Assembly (NCBI GenBank): GCA_029100965.1
Contig: JAQXQC010000055.1
Location: 1 to 56,793 of the forward strand
DNA: 56,793 nt
Direction: 5' to 3'
Source: Bacilli bacterium
GTDB taxonomy: Bacteria; Bacillota_I; Bacilli_A; RF39; UBA660
In this document: positions 20,175-28,492 of the stretch, one piece after another
Layout of the letters: every line of letters begins with the position of its first letter
Numbering within the stretch: the stretch's first letter is position 1
Position numbers and translations under genes: made by a program
Notes under the pieces: model-generated
What the model was told of the DNA's origin: nothing
The model's input: only the letters and a program-made list of their open reading frames with translations
Database searches by the model: none

Positions 20175-21626
20175 CTATGGTTTCTTTTTGATTTTTCTTT
20201 TTTGGTTAATGAGAATGCTATCTAGGGCATTGGTATTTTCTTCATATACTCTTTCAATATTGGATTTATCTCCATATGGTCCAAGGGGATTTCCTCCCAT
20301 TTTGGATAGTTCGATTAGTAATACTCCTTGGTATGTTTTTCTTAAGTAATCGCCATATCCAGTTATACTGCTTTCTTCTAATAAGTTGTATTGTGTTTTT
20401 TGATTGTAATAGAATGCTAATTCTTGATTATATTGTAGGAGATATTGGTAAGTTTTATCTGATAGATAATCTTGATTAGGTTTGTAATAAATCATTCCTC
20501 CAGTTCCGTGATAGAGTAGGGTCATTAAGTATCTATTTTGGTTGATTGAATTTTTGATTAAGTTTTCTAATACTAAGTTCTCTCTTTCATAGGAAAAGGT
20601 ATCTATTTTTAAAGAAGCTGTTCCAATTGGACCAGGGACATATTTTCTTATATTATTTTTGGGATTTGGTCCATAGATGATTTTGTTTTGTTGTCTTAAT
20701 TTAAATCCTGGATTGAATTTTGAATTGGCGTTTAAGTTGATTCCTGTTCCTGTTGCATCGAAGGTAATTTGACTTCCTTTTGGATGATTCCAACTGATTA
20801 GCATATTTTTTATTTCTTTTTCTAAAGTGGTGCTATATAGAGAAGTAGGAGAAGTATCTTTAAACATTTCTTGATATAATTTTTTTGTGATAATCGTTTC
20901 TTTTCTTTCAATTAGTAATTTGAAGAATATTTCTTTTAATTCATTAAGAAAAAATAAATACATTTGATCTTGTAGGGTGCTAGGATTTATTTTTTCTTCT
21001 ATTTTTTGGATAGCAATAATTAATTCTTGATATAGTTCTACTTTTGAACTAACTTTATTTATTTTTCTGATTTGTTGATTAAACTCTTCTATTTTTGGAA
21101 AAGTTCTAGTTTGATTTAAAAGTGACCATTTTGGGTTGGTACGAGTGAATGTTTGGATTTTTTCTAGTAAGTTTTCTTCTTTCTTAAGAAAAAATATTTT
21201 GCTTAATTCTTCTATAGCGTCACTTACAATCATATCTGTTCGATATTTTAAATAATATTCATAAGATTTTTTGGTGAATTCTTCTTCTTTTACTTCTTTA
21301 AAAGTATTTGTTGAAATATCATATCCTTCAGGATTTTGAAGGGGAAGTATTTTTAGGGTAAAAACATTAGGATCAAATCCTTTTAGGTTGGGGATATTTT
21401 TGATGAAGTGAAGAAGAAAGTCAGTGGTAATGACTTCACTTCCATGTGTTCCAGCGACTAAAAAAATATCTTTTTTTCCAAATCCTATAGTTAGATAATC
21501 AATATCATAGTTGTAGGTTGTTTTTGTAAGAGTATATTTCTTGATTCCTAAAGAAATGAGTTTAGGCTCTTTTAATATTTTGTTTAATTCATTTTTGTAT
21601 TCTTGGTAGTTTATTTTATTTGTCAA
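20175..21626 (-). CDS. M14-family zinc carboxypeptidase-like protein
   Basis: HxxE zinc motif (VAGTHGSEVITTDF) and a LPLQNPEGY motif. Confidence 0.65.
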   Translation of the reverse strand: MTNKINYQEYKNELNKILKEPKLISLGIKKYTLTKTTYNYDIDYLTIGFGKKDIFLVAGTHGSEVITTDFLLHFIKNIPNLKGFDPNVFTLKILPLQNPEGYDISTNTFKEVKEEEFTKKSYEYYLKYRTDMIVSDAIEELSKIFFLKKEENLLEKIQTFTRTNPKWSLLNQTRTFPKIEEFNQQIRKINKVSSKVELYQELIIAIQKIEEKINPSTLQDQMYLFFLNELKEIFFKLLIERKETIITKKLYQEMFKDTSPTSLYSTTLEKEIKNMLISWNHPKGSQITFDATGTGINLNANSKFNPGFKLRQQNKIIYGPNPKNNIRKYVPGPIGTASLKIDTFSYERENLVLENLIKNSINQNRYLMTLLYHGTGGMIYYKPNQDYLSDKTYQYLLQYNQELAFYYNQKTQYNLLEESSITGYGDYLRKTYQGVLLIELSKMGGNPLGPYGDKSNIERVYEENTNALDSILINQKRKIKKKP

Positions 21627-23085
21627 TTTTGTTCTCCTTTATGTAAGTATTAATGATTTCTTTTTCGTTGAAGTAAGTTTTTTCTCCTTTTATTTCTTGA
21701 TAGGTTTCATGTCCTTTTCCTAGTAAGAGGATGATATCGTTTTCTGTAGAGTTTTTTAGAGCGTAGAGGATAGCTTCTTTTCTATCTTTGATGACGATGT
21801 AGTTTCCGTTTACTTCTTCTATTCCTTCGACGATACTTTGGTTGATTTCATCAATTTCATCATTTCTTGGGTTATCTGTTGTGATAATAGAAAGATCAGA
21901 TAATTTTCCTGAAGTAGTTCCTAGTTCTTTTCTTCTTTCTATGCTTCTTCCTCCTCCACAACCAAATACAGTGATTATTCTATTGGGGTGATATGCTTTC
22001 ATGGTTTTTATTATACTTTCCATACTGATTTTATTGTGGGCAAAATCTATGATTACTTTTCGGTGATTACCGATATTGATAATTTCACATCTTCCTGGTA
22101 CTTGAAATTTTTCTAATCCCTTTTTGATATCTGTTATTTCTGTGTTTAATAAAAGGGATAGAAAGATGGCTGCTGTTGCATTGTAAGCTGAGAAATTTCC
22201 TGGAGAAGGAATTTTAAAAGTATCATTTATTTTTCCTGTTAATTGAAATGTTGTTCCTAAAAAGTTAGCTTCGTTGGTTGGGGTAATTTTTTCTATTTTT
22301 AAGTCACAATTGTTGGTTCCATAGGTATATATTTTACAAGTACTATCTTGAATCATTTCTTTAAAGAAGGGATCATCTTTATTTAAAATTCCTATTTTTG
22401 ATTGGGTAAATAATTTTCTTTTGGACTTTCTATAGTCTTCATAAGTAGGATGTTCTCTTGGTCCAATATGATCAATGGAAAGATTGGTAAATATTGCATA
22501 GTCGAATAAAATATTGTTGACTCTTCCTACTTTTAGGGCTTGGCTAGATACTTCCATTACTAAATATTTGGTTCCTGTATCAACCATTTGTCGCATATAT
22601 TTTTGTATTTTGTAAGACTCTGGGGTGGTATTTTTATGAGGAATTAGTTTACCATTGATGATGGTTCCTATGGTTCCAATAATTCCTACTTTTTCTCCTT
22701 TTTGTTCTAAAATATTTTTGATTATCCATGAGGTTGATGTTTTTCCTTTGGTTCCAGTTATAGCAATTTTTATTAAAGATTTATCGGGATGACGAAAAAG
22801 ATTGGCACTTAAGTAAGAGAGTGTGGTTCTAGTATCTTTTACTTTAATAATGGTAACTTCTTCTTTGATTTCTTCTATTTCTTGACAAATAATAATGCAT
22901 TTGCATCCTTTTTGGATGGCATTTTTTATATAATTATGTCCGTTGGTGTCTATTCCTACTAGACAAATAAAAGCATCGTTTTCTTTGGTTTCTCTAGAGT
23001 CATAGGAGATGTCTTTTATTTCTGTATTAATGTTTCCTTTTATTAATTTATAGTCTATTCCGTTTAATATTTCTTTTAGTTTCAT
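21616..23085 (-). CDS. murE: UDP-MurNAc-L-Ala-D-Glu:meso-diaminopimelate ligase
   Basis: Mur ligase P-loop ITGTKGKTST. The C-terminal DNPR motif (TTDNPRNDE) is associated with meso-DAP-adding MurE enzymes. Confidence 0.85.
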   Translation of the reverse strand: MKLKEILNGIDYKLIKGNINTEIKDISYDSRETKENDAFICLVGIDTNGHNYIKNAIQKGCKCIIICQEIEEIKEEVTIIKVKDTRTTLSYLSANLFRHPDKSLIKIAITGTKGKTSTSWIIKNILEQKGEKVGIIGTIGTIINGKLIPHKNTTPESYKIQKYMRQMVDTGTKYLVMEVSSQALKVGRVNNILFDYAIFTNLSIDHIGPREHPTYEDYRKSKRKLFTQSKIGILNKDDPFFKEMIQDSTCKIYTYGTNNCDLKIEKITPTNEANFLGTTFQLTGKINDTFKIPSPGNFSAYNATAAIFLSLLLNTEITDIKKGLEKFQVPGRCEIINIGNHRKVIIDFAHNKISMESIIKTMKAYHPNRIITVFGCGGGRSIERRKELGTTSGKLSDLSIITTDNPRNDEIDEINQSIVEGIEEVNGNYIVIKDRKEAILYALKNSTENDIILLLGKGHETYQEIKGEKTYFNEKEIINTYIKENKIDK

Positions 23086-23158
23086 TTTTGTTCCTCTTTT
23101 CTTAAAGTACTTATATTTATTTTTCTAGTATAGCAGGAAAAAGAGTAGGTAAGTACTC

Positions 23159-23728
23159 TTATAGTTTAAAATCATCAAAGTCATTATCTGACATATCTTT
23201 TCTATCAAAGAATAATTTTTCTTCGTATTTACATAACTTTGCTACAATATTTGTAGGAAACAGTTTTACTAGCTTATTGTATTCAGCAATATGCTTGTTA
23301 TAGTATTCTTTACTGACAATTAAATTTTCATCTAAGTCTTCTAATTTCTTGGTAATTTCTATCATTTCTTTATTTTCTTTTAAGAAGTCATATTTTTCTT
23401 TTAAGGTAATAAAGTTATTTTCTGCTTCTATTAGTTTTCGATCAAGATCGAAATTGGATATTTTTTTGGTTCGAAGTCTTACGATTTCTTCAAACATTTT
23501 TTTATCTTTTTCTTCCTCTATTTTTTCATTTCCTTTAATCAGTGATACACATTTATTAATGGTATCATATTTATTTCTTAGATGATTATCAATATTTGCT
23601 TCTACTTCATTTATTCTAATGATATAGTCTTGTAATTTATTATATAGTGTTGTATAAATTCCAATAATAATGCAGACGACTAAAATCATTCCTAATAAAA
23701 CTAACATTAATGAATCCAATACTATCAC
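23159..23728 (-). CDS. LemA-family membrane protein
   Basis: An N-terminal TM helix, the YNKL...R pattern, and a C-terminal YNKLVKLFPTNIVA motif. Confidence 0.7.
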   Translation of the reverse strand: MIVLDSLMLVLLGMILVVCIIIGIYTTLYNKLQDYIIRINEVEANIDNHLRNKYDTINKCVSLIKGNEKIEEEKDKKMFEEIVRLRTKKISNFDLDRKLIEAENNFITLKEKYDFLKENKEMIEITKKLEDLDENLIVSKEYYNKHIAEYNKLVKLFPTNIVAKLCKYEEKLFFDRKDMSDNDFDDFKL

Positions 23729-23793
23729 TTCCTAGTAATATTATAGCAAAAAATGTTTTGTTTTGTAAATGTCTATTTTTTTTATTTTACAGT

Positions 23794-24171
23794 TTAGTTG
23801 GTGGGAAGATAAAATTCTTTTTTATAGTTAATTGGTTCTTCAAAAGTAACAAAATCTAGATAAATCATTAAAATTAAATACCATTCTCCTGTATTAGGAT
23901 TAGAAACAATTAAATGATCTTTTCCTGATTGTTCAATAATTCCTTCAAATACACGATCTTGCCATTCAATTGATCCAGGGACGGTGACATGAAATTTGGC
24001 TTTTTTTCCTCTATTTAATCTTAAGATATTTTCAATATAGGATTGTTCATCTGGGATTGTACTTGTATTATACATAGCGTTTGGTAATTGAGTTTGGTCA
24101 TAGGTTGGGACATTCGTTTGAGTAGATGGTTGTTGTGGGTAGTTTGGGTTTGGATAGTAAGCATTATTCAT
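23794..24171 (-). CDS. gerQ: Spore coat protein GerQ-like
   Basis: A Q/P/N-rich N-terminus followed by SYIENILRLNRGKKA ... GKDHLIVSNPNTGEWYLILMIYLDFVTFEE, which closely resembles the conserved core of GerQ/YwdL. Confidence 0.6.
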   Translation of the reverse strand: MNNAYYPNPNYPQQPSTQTNVPTYDQTQLPNAMYNTSTIPDEQSYIENILRLNRGKKAKFHVTVPGSIEWQDRVFEGIIEQSGKDHLIVSNPNTGEWYLILMIYLDFVTFEEPINYKKEFYLPTN

Positions 24172-24243
24172 AAAAAACTCCTTTCTTTGACAATATCAGT
24201 ATATGAAATTAAAAGCTGAGTATTCCATAAAAAATCTATATCA

Positions 24244-25062
24244 TTAATTAAAACGATATAGATTGATAGATGGTGTGTTGAATAATCTAAAATTTATATT
24301 ATTTACACCAATTCCATTAGAAATATAAACACTCTTATTTTTTAATTCTGAACTTTTTATTTTTTTTGCTCCATTTGGGAGAAGTAGATTTTTTATTCCT
24401 GGTATATTGATTGAACCATTTATGGAGTGACCTGCTAAGATTAGATTTGAAGTTTTTTCATTCTCTAGAATTTCTTTAATGGCATCTGGTTCATGTACCA
24501 TTGTAATGTGGTAAGTATTTTCATCTAGAGAAGTATATGATTTATTAATATCCATATTTTTTAGGTAACTTTCTAATCCTGTTAGAGCAATTTTATCGTT
24601 ATTTTCATTATAGATATAAGTTGTTTCGTTTTTTAGTAGGGTAATATTACTTTGAAGATAAATATTTTTTAATGCTTCTTCATTGCTATAATCTTGATCT
24701 CCCATAATTGCATAAGTTCCATATTTAGGATTTAACTTTTTTAAATATTTAATTAAAAAATTAATATCTTTATTGGTAAGTTGATAATCTTTATCTAATA
24801 AATCTCCTGTAAAGAGAATGATATCTGGTTTATTACGATTGATTTCTTTGATTAAATCTTTTACTCTTTTTTCCGTAATGACTTTTTTATAATGAAGATC
24901 TGAAAAATGAATAATCTTTAGTCCTTTATTACTTTCTGGAATTTGTTCTTTTAGGGCTATTTCATGAGTAATTAATCCTGTTGTTCCAATAAATCTACTG
25001 TAAAGGAGAAGAACAAAGAAGATAGTCATTAGACTTAATATTGTCATTAATAATTTTTTCAT
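24244..25062 (-). CDS. Membrane-anchored metallophosphoesterase (YkuE-like)
   Basis: Calcineurin-like motifs are present (IIHFSDLHY, FTGDLLD, GHSING). Confidence 0.75.
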   Translation of the reverse strand: MKKLLMTILSLMTIFFVLLLYSRFIGTTGLITHEIALKEQIPESNKGLKIIHFSDLHYKKVITEKRVKDLIKEINRNKPDIILFTGDLLDKDYQLTNKDINFLIKYLKKLNPKYGTYAIMGDQDYSNEEALKNIYLQSNITLLKNETTYIYNENNDKIALTGLESYLKNMDINKSYTSLDENTYHITMVHEPDAIKEILENEKTSNLILAGHSINGSINIPGIKNLLLPNGAKKIKSSELKNKSVYISNGIGVNNINFRLFNTPSINLYRFN

Positions 25063-25784
25063 GATATCACCGTTATTAGATAAGTTATTAGGGCTAAAGT
25101 GTTATGAAAAGCATGGACTGTTATGGTAGAAAAGATATTATCTGTTTTGTGATAAAGATAAGCAAAGGTAAATCCTAGACTACAATATGGAATTAAGTAT
25201 AATAGATCTATAAAAGAATTAAGAGATGATATAACATGCATTCCACCAAAGATAAATCCTGATAAAAAGATATAAATATATTGATTAGAAGTAATATTTT
25301 TTATACTTTTTCTAAAGACTAATTCTTCTGTTATTGGGGCATATATCATTAATTGAAAAGCCATATAAATAGGGTAAGTATCAATTAATTCACGAACGGC
25401 TTTTTCATTTGCAGCTAGTTGATTTCCTAATATAATAGAAATTATACAATTACTAACAATCATTATCGTAAGACCTACTATCCAGTATTTAAAAGAATAT
25501 AAAATATGTTTTCCTAAATCTTGATTAAAGAAATTTTTAAAATCTTTAAAGAAGGTTTTTCGATAAATTAAAATTAAAATTCCTATTAATAATAAATCAT
25601 TTAAAAATGCTAAAAATACCTTTATTATATTAGATAACTCTTTATAATCTATTCCTATAATTTTGGTCAATATAACAGGGACAATTGACCAAATTAAGAT
25701 TAAACAAATTAAACTTAAACTAATTATACTTTTTGTTATTATTTTTTCTATTTTATCGAAATTATTGGTTTTTTCTTTTTTCAT
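25059..25784 (-). CDS. CPBP-family intramembrane glutamic endopeptidase (CAAX protease-like)
   Basis: PITEELVFRK, FGGMH and HAFHN motifs on a polytopic membrane protein. Confidence 0.8.
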   Translation of the reverse strand: MKKEKTNNFDKIEKIITKSIISLSLICLILIWSIVPVILTKIIGIDYKELSNIIKVFLAFLNDLLLIGILILIYRKTFFKDFKNFFNQDLGKHILYSFKYWIVGLTIMIVSNCIISIILGNQLAANEKAVRELIDTYPIYMAFQLMIYAPITEELVFRKSIKNITSNQYIYIFLSGFIFGGMHVISSLNSFIDLLYLIPYCSLGFTFAYLYHKTDNIFSTITVHAFHNTLALITYLITVIS

Positions 25785-25836
25785 TACTTCACCACCATAT
25801 GATAATCATTATAAACTATTTTAATATAATCTACAA

Positions 25837-25866
25837 GTAAAAAAAATCTCTATTTTGGAGATTTTG
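25837..25866 (-). terminator. Terminator overlapping the 3' end of the 25850-26209 gene
   Basis: A 7-bp stem (aaatctc 25844-25850, gagattt 25858-25864), followed by a T-run on the minus strand. Confidence 0.45.
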
Positions 25867-26209
25867 TACTTAAAATTTTTCTCTTACTTTTTTCTTCTTT
25901 CTTTGCAGGAATTGTTTTGTAAAGGGAAGTATTTAATAATTCTTGAGCAATAATTGGCATTATTTTTTGCCTTTCTTCTGTATAAAATTGATTTAATAAT
26001 CTTCTTTCTTTTTTCCATAAAGCAAAGATTTCTTCTTTAGTATATTGATAGATATTTGTTGAAATATCCATCAATAATTGATTAGTAATAGAAGATTCGA
26101 AATCCTTTTCTGCTTGATCAAAAGGAAAATTATTTTCTTTTATGATTAAAGAGATTACTTCTAGTTTTAATGTTTCTATTCTAGTATTTGTACTATGATT
26201 ACTTTCCAT
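25850..26209 (-). CDS. Hypothetical protein
   Basis: An ORF with no recognised motif. Confidence 0.4.
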   Translation of the reverse strand: MESNHSTNTRIETLKLEVISLIIKENNFPFDQAEKDFESSITNQLLMDISTNIYQYTKEEIFALWKKERRLLNQFYTEERQKIMPIIAQELLNTSLYKTIPAKKEEKSKRKILSTKSPK

Positions 26210-26440
26210 AATTTTTTTCTCCTTTCTTTTTTGGTATTATAAATAAATTTATTTAAAATATCAAGTTTTTTTAATGGTTTACATATATATTAATATGGAT
26301 AAAGAGCTTATTAATAAGCTAAAAAAGTTAGAAGTAGAAGAATTTATTTGGTTAATTTTAATTGAAATTATTTTATATTACTTTAATTGATGGAGAAATA
26401 GAGATAGGGAATTTGCGTTACTTTAAAGTTATCTAGTGGT

Positions 26441-26469
26441 GAAGAAAATTGATTTTTTCTTCTTTTTTT
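26441..26469 (+). terminator. Terminator-like hairpin in the leader upstream of DGR target 1
   Basis: A perfect 8-bp stem (gaagaaaa 26441-26448, ttttcttc 26455-26462) followed by a T7 run. It lies 48 nt before the target-1 ATG. Confidence 0.4.
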
Positions 26470-26516
26470 GTTATCCTTAAAGTAATAATAGAATGATAGA
26501 TAGAGGGTGATACTGT

Positions 26517-27503
26517 ATGGTAAAAAAAATTTATAATTTATTATTTAAAAGAAAAAATTATAAATTTATTATTGGAATATTTCTAGGAATATTTTTTTCT
26601 ATAGTAGGAGTATATGCTGCTAGTAAATATACTTCTAAGAGTGTATATTATAATAATGAAAATAGTAGTTTATCTAGTGATGATGTACAGGGAGCTATTG
26701 ATGAGTTATCAGAGAAAGCAAAGAATCTTTCTAGTAGTGGATGTCCATCTGGTTATGCTTGTTTAGAGAAAAAAACTACTTTAGCGTTAGGAGATTATGT
26801 TAAGATGACACCAACTAAATCTTCTTATACAACAGATAAATCTAAAACAGGATATACAAGTACACAAACCATTAAACCTCAAGAATTAAATTTATGGCGA
26901 GTGATTAAAATTAATAGTGATGGAACAGTAGAGATGATTAGTGAACATGTATCTAGTACAGCAATATACTTTGGAGGAAAAACAGGGTACTTAAATTTAG
27001 TAGGCTATTTAAATGTACTTGCTAGTCAGTATGAAAATAGTACTTACACAAAAGGTTCTAGACATTTTGGTTATAATGGACAAACAGAATATATTACTGA
27101 TACAACAAAATTTGTTAATCCTGCACCATGGACTAGTTCAACTGGAAGTAGTACAGTAGAAAGGCAAGGAGGAGGAGATACTTTATATACTACAGACTAT
27201 AATTTAGTTTATACAGTGTTAGGAACTAGAGTGGCGACCAAACCAGGAAGCGCCGCTGGTTCATATTATTGGATGGCCTCACGTTACTATGGCTATTCGT
27301 CATCTACTAGCTATTACTGGCGCGGTCGTAGCGTGAGCACCTCGGGGTCGAATAGCAACTACAGCTTGTATCGCTATTACAGTTCAAGTTTCAACGCGGA
27401 CTACAATAGTAATTCCTTTCGCCCAATAGTGGTTCTGAAGTCAGGCCTCAAATACTATGGAGTCGGGACAGAGGATTATCCAATGGAAATATCAGTAAGT
27501 TAG
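26517..27503 (+). CDS. DGR variable protein 1: N-terminally anchored or secreted protein with a C-terminal variable region (probable C-type-lectin-like fold)
   Basis: An N-terminal hydrophobic anchor (FIIGIFLGIFFSIVGVYAA). The C-terminal 47 codons (VR1) align with the TR and differ from it at adenines. It is a paralogue of the 29571 and 36649 genes. Confidence 0.85.
   Translation: MVKKIYNLLFKRKNYKFIIGIFLGIFFSIVGVYAASKYTSKSVYYNNENSSLSSDDVQGAIDELSEKAKNLSSSGCPSGYACLEKKTTLALGDYVKMTPTKSSYTTDKSKTGYTSTQTIKPQELNLWRVIKINSDGTVEMISEHVSSTAIYFGGKTGYLNLVGYLNVLASQYENSTYTKGSRHFGYNGQTEYITDTTKFVNPAPWTSSTGSSTVERQGGGDTLYTTDYNLVYTVLGTRVATKPGSAAGSYYWMASRYYGYSSSTSYYWRGRSVSTSGSNSNYSLYRYYSSSFNADYNSNSFRPIVVLKSGLKYYGVGTEDYPMEISVS
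27285..27425 (+). repeat. DGR variable repeat VR1
   Basis: A 141-nt ungapped match to TR 28352-28492. I count 20 mismatches, 17 of them at TR adenines, and all 15 mismatches from codon 6 onward are at adenines. Confidence 0.9.
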
Positions 27504-27514
27504 GAAGTGTAGAA

Positions 27515-27547
27515 CCTCGGAGGACAGCCTAAGGGTGTTCACCGAGG
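27515..27547 (+). other. Conserved GC-rich hairpin just after the target-1 stop codon (copy 1 of 2)
   Basis: The fold is cctcgg-a-ggaca-g-cc-taa-gg-g-tgttc-a-ccgagg. A near-identical copy follows target 2. Confidence 0.6.
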
Positions 27548-27575
27548 CAGGTTTAAAAAGAAAGAAGGTTAAAAT

Positions 27576-27998
27576 GTGGCAGTCATTCATATGGTGAATA
27601 ATTTGAAAGAATTATTTCCTGATTATGTTTTATTATTAAAAATTGGTACTTTTTATGAGTGTTATTGTGATGATGCTAATATTGTTTCTTATTTATTTTC
27701 TTACAAAAGAAAAACTCTATCTAGTGGGGATAAGGTATGTGGATTTCCTCTTGTTTCTTATCATAAGGTAATCTCTAATTTAGAGAATAGAAATATTAAT
27801 TATATTTCTATTGATAAAACACATAATTATGAAGAAATAGATAAGGTTAATTATAAGAAAAAGAATCAATATCATGTGATTTTGGATAAAGCAAATTATT
27901 ATATCAATAATTTAGAGAGAATTGATAAGATTAAAAATTTTCTTTTAAAAGATAATTCTAAAATAGATGAGATAGAGAGATTGTTATATGAAAGATAA
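27576..27998 (+). CDS. Standalone MutS-domain-I-like protein (DGR accessory ORF, MSL-type)
   Basis: LKELFPDYVLLLKIGTFYECYCDDANIVS...CGFPLVSYHKVISNLENRNINYISID parallels the E. coli MutS N-terminus ([21 protein letters not shown]...[16 protein letters not shown]). This includes the F-x-E mismatch-contact motif (FYE, nt 27651-27659). The start is GTG with an AAGAAGG RBS. Confidence 0.7.
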   Translation: MAVIHMVNNLKELFPDYVLLLKIGTFYECYCDDANIVSYLFSYKRKTLSSGDKVCGFPLVSYHKVISNLENRNINYISIDKTHNYEEIDKVNYKKKNQYHVILDKANYYINNLERIDKIKNFLLKDNSKIDEIERLLYER

Positions 27999-28332
27999 AT
28001 TTTATGTTACTCGTTTAATTAAAGAATTAATTCATAGTTTTCATCAATATTTAACCAATTTTCCTCATAAGGAAATTGAGATAAAAAGAGAGATTATGTC
28101 TACTTCTTATCAAATGTTAAAAATTGCTTATGAAGCAAATACAACTTTTGATTTGAAAAAAAGAGTAGATATTCAAGATAAGATAATTTCTTATATTAAA
28201 TATTTGGATTATTTGGTTAATGTTTGCTATGATAAGCAAATTATTAATTCAAAGAGATATTTGAAATTTGGTGAGAATTTAGATTATTTATTAAAATATG
28301 TAATTGGATGGCGAAAGTCATCTAGGGCTTAG
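27988..28332 (+). CDS. avd: DGR accessory variability determinant (Avd, four-helix-bundle protein)
   Basis: A 114-aa, helical, basic protein located immediately upstream of the TR. The FP-HKE..IKREI...YEAN...KR....I...I..L..L pattern is typical of the Avd / 23S-IVS four-helix-bundle family. Confidence 0.75.
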   Translation: MKDKFYVTRLIKELIHSFHQYLTNFPHKEIEIKREIMSTSYQMLKIAYEANTTFDLKKRVDIQDKIISYIKYLDYLVNVCYDKQIINSKRYLKFGENLDYLLKYVIGWRKSSRA

Positions 28333-28351
28333 TTGTTTGGATAAGGAGGGG

Positions 28352-28492
28352 AATTATGACCATTCTTCATCTACTAACTATAACTGGAACGGTCGTAACG
28401 TGAACACCTCGGGGACGAATAGCAACAACAACTTGTATAACTATAACAGTTCAAGTTTCAACACGAACAACAATAGTAATTCCTTTCGCCCA
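28352..28492 (+). repeat. DGR template repeat (TR)
   Basis: A non-coding segment between avd and the RT. Read in the VR frame it gives NYDHSSSTNYNWNGRNVNTSGTNSNNNLYNYNSSSFNTNNNSNSFRP, with 17 AAY codons out of 47. It matches VR1, VR2 and VR3. Confidence 0.9.
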
